A stretch of DNA of 64,000 bases. It comes from an uncultured SAR86 cluster bacterium (GTDB taxonomy: Bacteria; Pseudomonadota; Gammaproteobacteria; Magnimaribacterales; D2472). Numbering within the stretch: position 1 is the stretch's first letter; each line of letters opens with the position of its first letter. Shown piece by piece: positions 48,978 through 59,115 of this stretch. The stretch lies in the NCBI GenBank assembly GCA_902557965.1, contig CACECK010000003.1, positions 13,326 through 77,325 on the forward strand. The letters run 5' to 3'. The translations under genes and the position numbers were made by a program. The notes under the pieces were generated by a model. It saw nothing but the letters and a program-made list of their open reading frames with translations, made no database searches and was not told the DNA's origin.

Positions 48978-49619
48978 ATGAACTTACCAATATTATATTC
49001 ATTTAAAAGATGCCCATATGCAATGAGAGCAAGAATGGCAATAAAGCTTGCTGATATCAAATGTGAAATTAGAGAGGTAAAGCTTAATAATAAACCAGAG
49101 GCTATGCTCAAGGCGTCTCCAAAAGGCACGGTTCCAGTGTTAATTCTAGAAGACGTTGTTATTGATGAAAGTATGCAGGTTATTGATTGGGCAATAAATA
49201 AAAAAAATATATTTGAAGGCAATCTAACCGAGTCTGATGTAATCCTAACAAATGAAATAATTGATAAATTTGATAATAAATTTAAATATCATTTAGATAG
49301 GTATAAATACGCAACAAGGTACGAAAATCAAGATCCTTTATTGCATAGGAGTGAATGTAAAAAGATATTATTGCAAGTTAATGATTTAATATCAGATAAA
49401 GATTATTTTTTTGGCAAAGAACTTAATAAAATTGATATTTCAATTCTTCCATTCTTAAGACAGTTTAGAATTGCAGATATAAAATGGTTTGATGAGGATA
49501 TGAATATTCCAAAAATGCAGAAATACGTTCATAAATTTCTTGAATCTAAATTGTTAGAAGATGTGATGATAAATATTGAAGAATGGAAAGAAGGATCGGA
49601 TATAAAAATTTTTCCTTAA
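48978..49619 (+). CDS. Glutathione S-transferase family protein
   Basis: LYSFKRCPYAMRAR, SPKGTVPVL, ESM, FKYHLDRYKY. Confidence 0.92.
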   Translation: MNLPILYSFKRCPYAMRARMAIKLADIKCEIREVKLNNKPEAMLKASPKGTVPVLILEDVVIDESMQVIDWAINKKNIFEGNLTESDVILTNEIIDKFDNKFKYHLDRYKYATRYENQDPLLHRSECKKILLQVNDLISDKDYFFGKELNKIDISILPFLRQFRIADIKWFDEDMNIPKMQKYVHKFLESKLLEDVMINIEEWKEGSDIKIFP

Positions 49620-51020
49620 TTACAAACCAATAAAATCATAAGAAAGTGCAATCTTTTCAATTGCAGCCTTGTATGCAGCTGTTCTGAAGTCTGGAATTTT
49701 CTCATTTTCAAGAAATTCTTTTTTTACACTTTGAAATCCATCTATCATCATGTCATCTAGACCAGACCTGATTAAATCTATCTCTTCAATACCATCTGCA
49801 AATTTTTCTTTGTATTGTTTTGGCATGCTTTTGCCTGTCATTGCTTCTATTGCCTCAACAAGATTATTAAGTTGAATTTGATTTCTTCTTTTTTCAAGCC
49901 TTCCAAATCTAATATGTCTTAAATTCTTTACCCATTCAAAATAACTCACTGCAACACCGCCACCATTAGCTAAAATGTCTGGTATTACAAATATTTTTTT
50001 CTTATTTAAAATTTGATTAGCTTTGTAACTTATTGGGCCATTTGCAGCCTCAACAATTAAATTTGCAGAAATCTCATCTGCATTTTTTTCAGTTATAACG
50101 TTTTCTCGAGCTGCAGGAATCAATACGTCACAATTTCTTTTTAATAATAGAGATGAATCCTTTATATATGTTGCTTTTGGATAATCTTGAAAACTATTAT
50201 TTTTTATAAAATATTTCTTAGCATGTTCAACATTAATTCCATCTTCATTAAAGATACCCCCATTATGTTCAGCTATACCAATTAAGTTTAGACCATCATC
50301 TTCTGTTAGAAATTTAGCTAGGTTATAACCAACATTTCCAAAACCTTGCAAAATAAAAGATTTATTAGCAAGATCATTATCAAGCTTAGTTAATTTGAGC
50401 AATTCAGGATTTTTAAAGAATTCTCTTACGATATATTGAACACCTCTTCCAGTTGCTTCTTCTCTTCCTACAAGACCATTTTTACTTGTAGGTTTACCCG
50501 TAACACATGCCGCACCATTAATATCAGAGGGATGAATTTTTCTATATTCATCTGCTATCCACGCCATTTCTCTTGAAGAGGTCCCTATATCAGGAGCAGG
50601 AACATTCATTGAAGGACTTATTAAATCCCTTTTAATGAGTTCCTGAGCAAATCTTCTAGTTATTTTTTCTAACTCATTTTCATCCCATTCAGCTGGATTA
50701 ATTCTTAAACCACCTTTTGAACCGCCATACGGTACATTGATAATTGCACATTTGTATGACATTAATGCTGCCAAAGCCTCAACTTCTTCGGCATGAGTAT
50801 CTATATCAAACCTTATTCCACCTTTAGTTGGTTCCATGTGTTCGGAATGAACAGAACGCCAACCTTCAAAGGTAAAAATCTTACCTTTAAGTCTTACACC
50901 AAACCTGACAACGTATGTAGAGTTACAAGTAATTATTTTGTTGGCAAGCCCATCAGATAAATCAGAATGTTTAAGAGCTTTGTTAACATATTTCGTAGTG
51001 TCTGAAAGAAAGTTATTCAT
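49620..51020 (-). CDS. Glutamate dehydrogenase (Glu/Leu/Phe/Val family)
   Basis: PTKGGIR, PYGGSKGG, VPAPD, VTGKP, EATGRG, QGFGNVG, EAANGP, SYFEW. Confidence 0.95.
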   Translation of the reverse strand: MNNFLSDTTKYVNKALKHSDLSDGLANKIITCNSTYVVRFGVRLKGKIFTFEGWRSVHSEHMEPTKGGIRFDIDTHAEEVEALAALMSYKCAIINVPYGGSKGGLRINPAEWDENELEKITRRFAQELIKRDLISPSMNVPAPDIGTSSREMAWIADEYRKIHPSDINGAACVTGKPTSKNGLVGREEATGRGVQYIVREFFKNPELLKLTKLDNDLANKSFILQGFGNVGYNLAKFLTEDDGLNLIGIAEHNGGIFNEDGINVEHAKKYFIKNNSFQDYPKATYIKDSSLLLKRNCDVLIPAARENVITEKNADEISANLIVEAANGPISYKANQILNKKKIFVIPDILANGGGVAVSYFEWVKNLRHIRFGRLEKRRNQIQLNNLVEAIEAMTGKSMPKQYKEKFADGIEEIDLIRSGLDDMMIDGFQSVKKEFLENEKIPDFRTAAYKAAIEKIALSYDFIGL

Positions 51021-51108
51021 ATATTTAAAATCCTTACTAATAATGACACAGTAGCAATAATAAAAAAATAGATAATAATTATTTTTAAACTATAATAGCG
51101 AGTCTTGT

Positions 51109-51186
51109 GGCGGGCGTAGCTCAGTTGGTTAGAGCGCTGGATTGTGGCTCCGGAGGCCGTGGGTTCGAACCCCATCGCTCGCCCCA
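51109..51186 (+). tRNA. tRNA-His(GTG)
   Basis: G-1, GCGGGCG/CGCTCGC acceptor, C discriminator, CTGGA-TT-GTG-GC-TCCGG, CCA. Confidence 0.96.
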
Positions 51187-51204
51187 ATTAACATGGAAAA
51201 AATT

Positions 51205-52500
51205 ATGAAAGTTAGTATTAAAAAATTAAAAGATTTGGAAAGAAAAGTAACAATAGCTGTTCCAGTCGATGAGTACCAATCTAAATTCAATACAAAAATT
51301 AAAAATATCAAAACTAAAGCAAAAATAGATGGCTTTAGAAAAGGAAATGTACCTAATGATGTTTTAGAACAAAGATATGGAGCCTCAATCCATGGCGATG
51401 TCGTTAATGAATTAATACAAGATTCCTATCCAAAAGCTATAACAGAGAACAAAATAAGGCCTGCCTCATCTCCTCAAGTCACAATTGATAGTGAAGATCC
51501 AAAGAAACCATTAACTTATTCAGCAGTAATCGAAGTTTTTCCAGATATCAAACCAAAATTTTCTCGATGGACTAATTATGAAGAATTTAATATTGAAATT
51601 GATGAGTCTGATATAGATCTAGCAATAGCCGATATCAAAAAAAGATATGGTGAGTGGAATGATGTAGATCGAAAATCTAAATTAGATGACCAAGTAATTA
51701 TTGATTTTCTTGGAAAGATTAATGGCGAAGAGTTTGAGGGTAATTCAGCTAATGATTTTAACCTAATCCTTGGAAGTAAATCTATGATTCCAGGTTTTGA
51801 GGATCAGATTATAGGAAAAAAACCATCTGAATTTCTAATTAAATGTGTTTTTCCTGAAGACTATTTTAAAAAGGATCTTGCAAACGTTGAAGCAGAATTT
51901 GAAATCAAGTTAAAAAAAGTTCAAGAAATATCTGAAGCTAAGATAGACAAAGATTTATTTGAGAAACTCCAAATGGAAATTAAAGAAGAGTCTGAGTTTA
52001 GAAATGAAATAACAAGCAGAATGGAAAATGAAGTAAAGATCCAAGAAAGTGAATTAACTAAAGAATCCATGTATGAAGCTATGCTTAAAATAAATAAATT
52101 TAGCGCACCAAAGTCAACTATTAACGAACAGGCTGATTTAATGCGAAAAGATGCTTTAATGAGAATAGGTCACACAGAAGAAAATGCTGGAGACGATTTA
52201 TTTCCAATTGATGCATTTATGGAAAAAGCTGAGAAAAGGGTTAGATTGGACCTACTTTTTGCTGAGTTAATCAAACATTTTGAAATTACTGTTGTCAAAG
52301 AAGACATCGATGCATTTATTGAGAAAGAATCATTACGTTATAAAGACTCAGAGCAATATAAGAAATGGATTGCAGGTCAACCTCAACAACTTGAGCAATT
52401 TAAAATGATTGTTTTAGAGGAGCAATTGGTTGAAAAATTAAAAAATGCACTTAAATCAAAGAAGAAAGTGATAAAATTTTCAGAACTAGCAAATAAATAG
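51205..52500 (+). CDS. tig: Trigger factor
   Basis: MKVS start (51205; alternatively 51193), GFRKGNVP, FKBP domain MIPGFE. Confidence 0.95.
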   Translation: MKVSIKKLKDLERKVTIAVPVDEYQSKFNTKIKNIKTKAKIDGFRKGNVPNDVLEQRYGASIHGDVVNELIQDSYPKAITENKIRPASSPQVTIDSEDPKKPLTYSAVIEVFPDIKPKFSRWTNYEEFNIEIDESDIDLAIADIKKRYGEWNDVDRKSKLDDQVIIDFLGKINGEEFEGNSANDFNLILGSKSMIPGFEDQIIGKKPSEFLIKCVFPEDYFKKDLANVEAEFEIKLKKVQEISEAKIDKDLFEKLQMEIKEESEFRNEITSRMENEVKIQESELTKESMYEAMLKINKFSAPKSTINEQADLMRKDALMRIGHTEENAGDDLFPIDAFMEKAEKRVRLDLLFAELIKHFEITVVKEDIDAFIEKESLRYKDSEQYKKWIAGQPQQLEQFKMIVLEEQLVEKLKNALKSKKKVIKFSELANK

Positions 52501-52509
52501 GTACGTATA

Positions 52510-53112
52510 ATGTCAGATTTTCAACAAGCTCTTATCCCAATGGTTATTGAACAAACACCAAGAGGTGAAAGATCTTTTGATATATATTCAAGGTTACTTA
52601 AAGAAAGAGTTATATTTTTATCTGGACCAATTGATGACTATATTTCTAATTTAGTAGTTGCTCAATTATTATTTCTAGAATCAGAAAATCCTGAAAAAGA
52701 TATTTCTATTTATATTAATTCACCTGGCGGAAGTATTTCTGCAGGGCTAGCTATCTATGACACCATGCAATTTATAAAACCATCCATTTCAACAATGTGT
52801 ATTGGTCAGGCGGCAAGCATGGGAGCTTTGCTTTTAGCTGGAGGCGATCCAAAAAAAAGATTTGCTCTTCCAAACTCAAGAATTATGATTCATCAACCTT
52901 TGGGTGGTTTCCAAGGCCAGGCATCAGATTTTGAAATACATGCAAAAGAAATCTTACATATGAAAAAAATTGTAAATGAGATTCTTGCTAAGCATACGGG
53001 ACAAACAATCAAAAAAATTGAAAAAGATACAGATAGGGACAATTTTTTAGATGCCAAATCTGCAAAATCCTACGGTATCATTGATAGTATTTTAGAAGAA
53101 AGGAATTCTTAA
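52510..53112 (+). CDS. clpP: Clp protease proteolytic subunit
   Basis: DIYSRLL, YINSPGG, GQAASMG, MIHQP. Confidence 0.98.
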   Translation: MSDFQQALIPMVIEQTPRGERSFDIYSRLLKERVIFLSGPIDDYISNLVVAQLLFLESENPEKDISIYINSPGGSISAGLAIYDTMQFIKPSISTMCIGQAASMGALLLAGGDPKKRFALPNSRIMIHQPLGGFQGQASDFEIHAKEILHMKKIVNEILAKHTGQTIKKIEKDTDRDNFLDAKSAKSYGIIDSILEERNS

Positions 53113-53113
53113 A

Positions 53114-54370
53114 ATGACAGAAGAAACCTCTACAGATAAATTGCACTGTTCATTTTGTGGGAAATCTCAAGATGAGGTAAAAAAGCTTATTGCTGGACCA
53201 AGTGTCTATATTTGTAATGAGTGTGTTGATTTATGTAACGACATAATAGAGGAAGAAATTAAAAATGATGAAGAATCTCCATATGATGAGGTCCTTTCTC
53301 CATTAGAGATTTTTAATAAGTTGGATGAGTATGTAATAGGCCAGGAAAAAGCTAAGAAAGTTTTGTCAGTAGCTGTTTACAATCACTATAAAAGACTTAG
53401 GAAACCAAATTCAAAATCTGATATTGAGCTTCAAAAAAGTAATGTTCTTTTATTGGGGCCAACTGGAAGTGGAAAAACGCTCCTTGCTCAAACATTAGCA
53501 AAGATTTTAAATGTACCATTTACAATTGCAGACGCTACTACATTAACGGAAGCAGGGTATGTTGGAGAAGATGTTGAGAATATAATCCAAAAACTCCTTC
53601 AAAAGGCTGATTATGATCCTGAAAAGGCTGAGCTTGGAATAGTATACATTGATGAAATAGACAAAATTGCTAGAAAATCTGATAATCCATCGATTACAAG
53701 AGATGTATCTGGAGAGGGTGTTCAACAAGCACTTTTAAAACTTATAGAAGGAACAATAGCTTCTATTCCGCCTCAAGGTGGAAGAAAGCATCCACAACAA
53801 GAATTTATTCAAATTGATACCGCTAATATCTTATTTATTTGTGGAGGCGCATTTTCTGGATTAGATAAAGTAATTGATCAAAGAACTAATAAAACTGGTA
53901 TTGGTTTCAGCGCTGAAGTAGATAATAAATCTAACGTCACATCATTAAATAAGAATATTGATGATCTAGAACCAGAAGATCTTGTGAAGTATGGTTTAAT
54001 CCCTGAATTTGTTGGAAGATTGCCAGTTATTTCAAATCTTCATGAACTTGATGAAAGCGCTTTAGTTAGAATACTCAAAGAGCCAAAGAATGCCTTAGTC
54101 AATCAATACAAACATTTATTTGAAATTGATGATGTCGAATTAACTTTTAGAGATGAAGCCTTAAAAGAAATTGCTAAGCAAGCTATTAACAGGAAAACCG
54201 GTGCAAGAGGCTTAAGATCGATCATGGAAGAGCTTTTGATGGAAACTATGTTTGAACTTCCAAATGAAGATCTAGATAAAGTAATCATTGATGAAAAGAC
54301 TGTAGCGTCTAAAAATGAGCCTATAAAACTCCTCAAAACAAAAAACAAAAAAACATCATCAGGCAATTGA
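53114..54370 (+). CDS. clpX: Clp protease ATPase subunit
   Basis: CSFC...CNEC zinc domain, [17 protein letters not shown] loop, TGARGLR. Confidence 0.98.
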   Translation: MTEETSTDKLHCSFCGKSQDEVKKLIAGPSVYICNECVDLCNDIIEEEIKNDEESPYDEVLSPLEIFNKLDEYVIGQEKAKKVLSVAVYNHYKRLRKPNSKSDIELQKSNVLLLGPTGSGKTLLAQTLAKILNVPFTIADATTLTEAGYVGEDVENIIQKLLQKADYDPEKAELGIVYIDEIDKIARKSDNPSITRDVSGEGVQQALLKLIEGTIASIPPQGGRKHPQQEFIQIDTANILFICGGAFSGLDKVIDQRTNKTGIGFSAEVDNKSNVTSLNKNIDDLEPEDLVKYGLIPEFVGRLPVISNLHELDESALVRILKEPKNALVNQYKHLFEIDDVELTFRDEALKEIAKQAINRKTGARGLRSIMEELLMETMFELPNEDLDKVIIDEKTVASKNEPIKLLKTKNKKTSSGN

Positions 54371-54393
54371 TATTTATTTTAATATCCCTATAT
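54367..54393 (+). promoter_or_regulatory. Putative sigma32 promoter of lon
   Basis: TTGATA-N13-CCCTATAT, 7 nt before the lon ATG. Confidence 0.55.
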
Positions 54394-54400
54394 TAAAATA

Positions 54401-56797
54401 ATGAGCAATCTTAAATCTGACTTACCTTTAATTCCATTAAGAGACGTTGTTGTATTTCCAGGAATTGTTACAACATTATTTGTTGGTAGAACTAAATCTG
54501 TTGAAGCTCTAAATGTAGCAATGGCATCAAATAAAAAACTTGTACTAGTCAGCCAGAAAGATGCAGCAAAAGAAGACCCAGATATTTCTGATTTATATCA
54601 ATTTGCATCAGTGAGCAATTTACTTCAGTTAATTAAACTTCCAGATGGAACCATGAAAGTTTTAGTTGAGGGTCACAAAAGATGTTCAATTGAAAAAATT
54701 ATAGAAAAAGACTCATACACTGTAGCAAGAGTAATCGAACAAGAAGATTCAATTTTAAAAGATAATGAATCAGCTAACTTAGTTAGATTAATCAAAGCAA
54801 AATTTGAGGATTACATAAGTATTACAAAAAGAATTCCACCAGAGATCGTTTCAACTGTGGATTCATTAGATGATTTATCCAGATTAATAGACACAATTAC
54901 GGGTCATCTGCCAATTGATACATCAAAAAAACAAGATATTTTAGAAAGTTTTGATCTAAAAGACAGAGCCGAAAAAGTACTAACTTTTATTGAATCACAA
55001 CTTGATGTGGTTGATGTTGAGAAAAAAATAAGAGACAGAGTAAAAAAACAAATGGAAAAGTCTCAAAGAGAATATTATTTAAATGAACAAATTAAAGCAG
55101 CTCAAAAAGAACTTGGTGAAATTGGTGAAGAAGGAGATGAATTAGAAAATTTAGAGAAAAAAATCCATGAAGTTGGAATGACCAAAGAAGCATTAAAGAA
55201 GGCTAAAAGTGAGTTAGCAAAATTTAAACATATGGCGCCTTCATCTGCAGAGGCTTCAGTAGTAAGAACATATCTTGATTGCTTGGTGGACGTTCCATGG
55301 AAAAAGAAATCAAAGATAAAAACAGATATCAAAGCTTCTATGGATATTCTAGAAGAAGATCATTACGGACTTGAAGAAGTTAAAGAAAGAATAGTTGAGT
55401 ACTTGGCAGTTCAAAAAAGAGTTAAATCTATGAAAGCTCCAGTTTTGTGTCTAGTAGGTCCCCCCGGAGTCGGCAAAACATCTTTGGGTGAGTCTATTGC
55501 AAGAGCAACTAATAGAAAATTTGTAAGAATGTCTCTTGGTGGTGTGAGAGATGAATCAGAGATTAGGGGACATAGGAGAACGTATATTGGATCAATGCCT
55601 GGAAAAATAATACAGAAATTAAGTAAAGTTGGTGTAAAAAATCCATTATTTCTTTTAGATGAAATTGATAAAATTGGAATGGATCATAGAGGAGATCCGG
55701 CTTCTGCATTATTAGAAGTTCTTGATCCAGAGCAAAACAATACATTCAGCGATCATTATCTTGAGGTCGATTACGACTTATCTGAGGTTATGTTTGTATG
55801 TACAGCAAATAGTTTAAATATTCCTACTCCTTTATTAGATAGGATGGAAATTATTAGGATTCCAGGATATATAGAGGATGAAAAAATTAATATCGCAAAT
55901 AAATATCTACTACCAAAACAGATGTCTAGAAATGGCTTAAAGGAAAAAGAAATTAAATTTGGAAAAGATGTAATGCTTTCTTTAATAAGATACTACACAA
56001 GAGAGGCTGGGGTTAGAGGCCTAGAAAGACAAATAGCAAAGATATTAAGAAAAGTTGTAAAAGATAGATTAATAAATGATAAACCTGACTCTAAAGCAAC
56101 TAGCGTTACAGCAAAGAATATTGAAAAATATTCTGGTGTGCGAAAGTTCAAATATGGAATTGCTGAAAAAGATAATGCTGTTGGTCAAGTAACAGGCCTT
56201 GCATGGACTGAGGTGGGTGGTGAACTTTTAACAATAGAAGCCTCTCATATAGATGGTAAAGGTAGAGTAATAAAGACTGGCTCATTGGGTGATGTTATGC
56301 AGGAATCAATTCAGGCTGCATTAACCGTTGTTAGATCTAGGGCAGAATCGCTTGGAATTAAACCAAATTTCTATGAAAAATATGATGTTCATATTCATGT
56401 TCCTGAGGGAGCAACGCCTAAAGATGGGCCAAGCGCGGGGGGTGCAATGGCAATCTCGTTGATATCAATTTTTACAGGTATTCCTGTTAAAGCTGATACT
56501 GCAATGACTGGTGAAATTACTCTTAGAGGGCAAATTCTTAAAATTGGTGGATTGAAAGAAAAACTTTTAGCTGCAAAAAGAGGCGGAATTAAAAATGTAA
56601 TCATCCCCAAGGAAAACGAACCAGACTTACAAGAAATACCTGATCAAATAACAAAATCATTGAACATTATTCCAGTTGAGTGGATTGATGATGTAATTTC
56701 AGCTGCACTTATAGAAGAACCAACCCCAGCATCAAAAAAAATCAAGGCACAGAAATCTAAAAATTCTACTAAATCTGACAATAAGGCAACTCACTAA
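54401..56797 (+). CDS. lon: ATP-dependent protease La
   Basis: GPPGVGKTS, LLDEIDK, PKDGPSAG, IGGLKEK. Confidence 0.98.
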   Translation: MSNLKSDLPLIPLRDVVVFPGIVTTLFVGRTKSVEALNVAMASNKKLVLVSQKDAAKEDPDISDLYQFASVSNLLQLIKLPDGTMKVLVEGHKRCSIEKIIEKDSYTVARVIEQEDSILKDNESANLVRLIKAKFEDYISITKRIPPEIVSTVDSLDDLSRLIDTITGHLPIDTSKKQDILESFDLKDRAEKVLTFIESQLDVVDVEKKIRDRVKKQMEKSQREYYLNEQIKAAQKELGEIGEEGDELENLEKKIHEVGMTKEALKKAKSELAKFKHMAPSSAEASVVRTYLDCLVDVPWKKKSKIKTDIKASMDILEEDHYGLEEVKERIVEYLAVQKRVKSMKAPVLCLVGPPGVGKTSLGESIARATNRKFVRMSLGGVRDESEIRGHRRTYIGSMPGKIIQKLSKVGVKNPLFLLDEIDKIGMDHRGDPASALLEVLDPEQNNTFSDHYLEVDYDLSEVMFVCTANSLNIPTPLLDRMEIIRIPGYIEDEKINIANKYLLPKQMSRNGLKEKEIKFGKDVMLSLIRYYTREAGVRGLERQIAKILRKVVKDRLINDKPDSKATSVTAKNIEKYSGVRKFKYGIAEKDNAVGQVTGLAWTEVGGELLTIEASHIDGKGRVIKTGSLGDVMQESIQAALTVVRSRAESLGIKPNFYEKYDVHIHVPEGATPKDGPSAGGAMAISLISIFTGIPVKADTAMTGEITLRGQILKIGGLKEKLLAAKRGGIKNVIIPKENEPDLQEIPDQITKSLNIIPVEWIDDVISAALIEEPTPASKKIKAQKSKNSTKSDNKATH

Positions 56798-56885
56798 AAA
56801 CCCTTTATTTGCTTGACTTTTACGCATAAAAAGCATTTCATATAAGGGTATTTATTAAATAAATTATCATAGAGGAGTAATTAGT

Positions 56886-57164
56886 ATGAATAAATCAGAT
56901 TTAGTTGATGCAGTTGCAGGAAGCGCTGACATGTCAAAAGCTGAAGCAGGCCGAGCTGTTGATGCGGTACTAGATGGAATTACAGGTGCTTTAGGAAATG
57001 GTGACTCAGTTGCTTTAGTTGGTTTTGGAACATTCTCAGTAAGACATAGAGCTGCTAGAGAAGGTAGGAACCCTCAAACTGGTGCTGCTATGCATATTCC
57101 AGCTTCAAAAGTTCCAGGTTTTAAAGCTGGTAAGGGCCTTAAAGACACTGTTAAAAACAGTTAA
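56886..57164 (+). CDS. hupB: DNA-binding protein HU
   Basis: [26 protein letters not shown]; follows lon. Confidence 0.96.
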   Translation: MNKSDLVDAVAGSADMSKAEAGRAVDAVLDGITGALGNGDSVALVGFGTFSVRHRAAREGRNPQTGAAMHIPASKVPGFKAGKGLKDTVKNS

Positions 57165-57179
57165 GAACTTATAACTTTT

Positions 57180-57207
57180 AAAAGGGTGCTTACGCACCCT
57201 TTTTTTT
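57180..57207 (+). terminator. Intrinsic terminator after hupB
   Basis: AAAAGGGTGC-TTAC-GCACCC-T8. Confidence 0.9.
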
Positions 57208-57226
57208 ACTCTATAATATCGCCACT

Positions 57227-59104
57227 ATGATGGAATCACTTCGAAATTTTCTTACAGGTCCAAGATTAATCTTTGTTGTAATGGTTTGCGCCATTCCTTT
57301 TGTATTTCTTGGAACATCCTCTTTATCAACAGTTTTTACTGGATCTTTTGGTTCTATAAATGGTGAAGATGTATCTGAAACAGATATACAAATAGCTGCA
57401 AATAGTGCGGTCCAAAGATATAAAAGTATTTATGGTGACGATTTTGATTTTGATACATTGGACGAATCAATTAGATCTGAATCTATTAAACAAGAATTAA
57501 TAGTTCAAAAGGTACTTCAATCTGGAGCTAGAGATTTAGGATTTATAAATGAAGTTTCAAATAAAGAGGCGCAAAAGGGTATTATTAGAAGTCCTCAATT
57601 TCAAATTGATGGGGTTTTTGATGAAGATGTGTATTCTGCTCAAGTAAATTCAAATGGTTTTACCAAAGAAGGCTACTTGGATACAATGACAGAATTGTTT
57701 GCTTCAGAGATTTATAGAGATTCACTTACACGATTTAACTTTGTAACTGAAAGTGAAATATTTGATCTCACAGCCTTACTAGAGCAAACAACCGATATTA
57801 CCTTCACAAAAATTAATTTTGACGATTTAAAGAACAACATTGTAAATACTCTCGATGAACTACTTAACTACTATGAGGAGAATCAGGTTCTATTTTATAC
57901 AGATGAAAAAAGAGGTTTTAAATATTTTCTATTGAAACAAGAGGATTATAGAGATTCTGTTCAAATTCCTGAAAATTATCTTGAGGCTGCATATAGTCAA
58001 TATCTGGAAAGATATGAAAATATCTCTGAAATCAGATTTGCTCATATTATGGTAGATAAAAATAACTATGATGATTCTCAGCAAGCTTTTTCAGTTATTA
58101 AATCAGTAGAGGACAAACTCAAAGATGGTGAAGACTTTGCTCTTCTAGCATCCGAATATAGTGAAGATCTAATTACAAAAGATATTGGTGGTGATCTCGA
58201 TTATTTTGAAAAAGATATTTTTCCAATCCAGTTTGATGAGGCAATAGAGACTTTAAGTCTCAATGAATACAGCGATATTATTGAACTAGAAGACACTTAT
58301 CATATTTTAAAAATTACTGAATATAATACTCAAGAACCATTACCAGAGTCTCAAATCAAAGACGAATTATTGAATGAATTAATTGAAAGTGAATCATTTG
58401 CCTTAATGAATGACGATTTTAGTGAGTTTGAAAGTATGTTGCTTGATAACAGTTCAATTGAAGATATTGCAATAGAAGCTTCAAAAGAAGCAACCTCATC
58501 TGATATTTATTCAGAAGATGACTATGACTTTGAAATAATAGATTCTTTTATTAAAGACTATCTTTTTGCCAGCAATACACAGATAAATGAGACAGTAGCT
58601 TTTGAGCTTGGCAATCAAGTTATATTTATGTCTTTAGATAGAATTGAAGAACCATTTTTAATGAATTTTGATCAAGTGGCAGATGATGTTGCTGACTTGC
58701 TCTCTGAATCTAAAGCAATAGAAAAAATCTCTCTATTGCAGAATGAGTATACATCCAACGACGATCTGAATGATAAGGAATCATTTGTAGAAACTTATAG
58801 TTATATAACAACCGAATCATATGTTGATGTAAAAAGATACTCATCTCTATTACCAAGAGAAGTATTACAAAAAATATTTAATGAATCATCAGGAACAACA
58901 TTAAACATTGATGCAAATAATGGAGATAAATACGTAGTTAGCATAAATAGTTTTAGCAAGCCTACTGAAGAAGAAATCCAAGAAATTATTGCTGAATATT
59001 CTGCATTTGGAGAAGAAAGGTTCTCATCAAAAATGCAACAAATTATTAATGATGATGTTTTCCAATCTGCAAAAGTTAATTTAAATGATCTCATTCAATT
59101 CTAA
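57227..59104 (+). CDS. ppiD: Periplasmic chaperone/PPIase PpiD
   Basis: N-terminal TM, SurA-N-like region, parvulin AHIM...FALLASEYSED...GGDL...YHI; follows hupB. Confidence 0.88.
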   Translation: MMESLRNFLTGPRLIFVVMVCAIPFVFLGTSSLSTVFTGSFGSINGEDVSETDIQIAANSAVQRYKSIYGDDFDFDTLDESIRSESIKQELIVQKVLQSGARDLGFINEVSNKEAQKGIIRSPQFQIDGVFDEDVYSAQVNSNGFTKEGYLDTMTELFASEIYRDSLTRFNFVTESEIFDLTALLEQTTDITFTKINFDDLKNNIVNTLDELLNYYEENQVLFYTDEKRGFKYFLLKQEDYRDSVQIPENYLEAAYSQYLERYENISEIRFAHIMVDKNNYDDSQQAFSVIKSVEDKLKDGEDFALLASEYSEDLITKDIGGDLDYFEKDIFPIQFDEAIETLSLNEYSDIIELEDTYHILKITEYNTQEPLPESQIKDELLNELIESESFALMNDDFSEFESMLLDNSSIEDIAIEASKEATSSDIYSEDDYDFEIIDSFIKDYLFASNTQINETVAFELGNQVIFMSLDRIEEPFLMNFDQVADDVADLLSESKAIEKISLLQNEYTSNDDLNDKESFVETYSYITTESYVDVKRYSSLLPREVLQKIFNESSGTTLNIDANNGDKYVVSINSFSKPTEEEIQEIIAEYSAFGEERFSSKMQQIINDDVFQSAKVNLNDLIQF

Positions 59105-59115
59105 GGATATTTATT

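Noticed and set aside
51129-51311. 60-aa minus ORF and the 51142 start for tig
   Set aside because: Both overlap tRNA-His; tig starts at 51193 or 51205.
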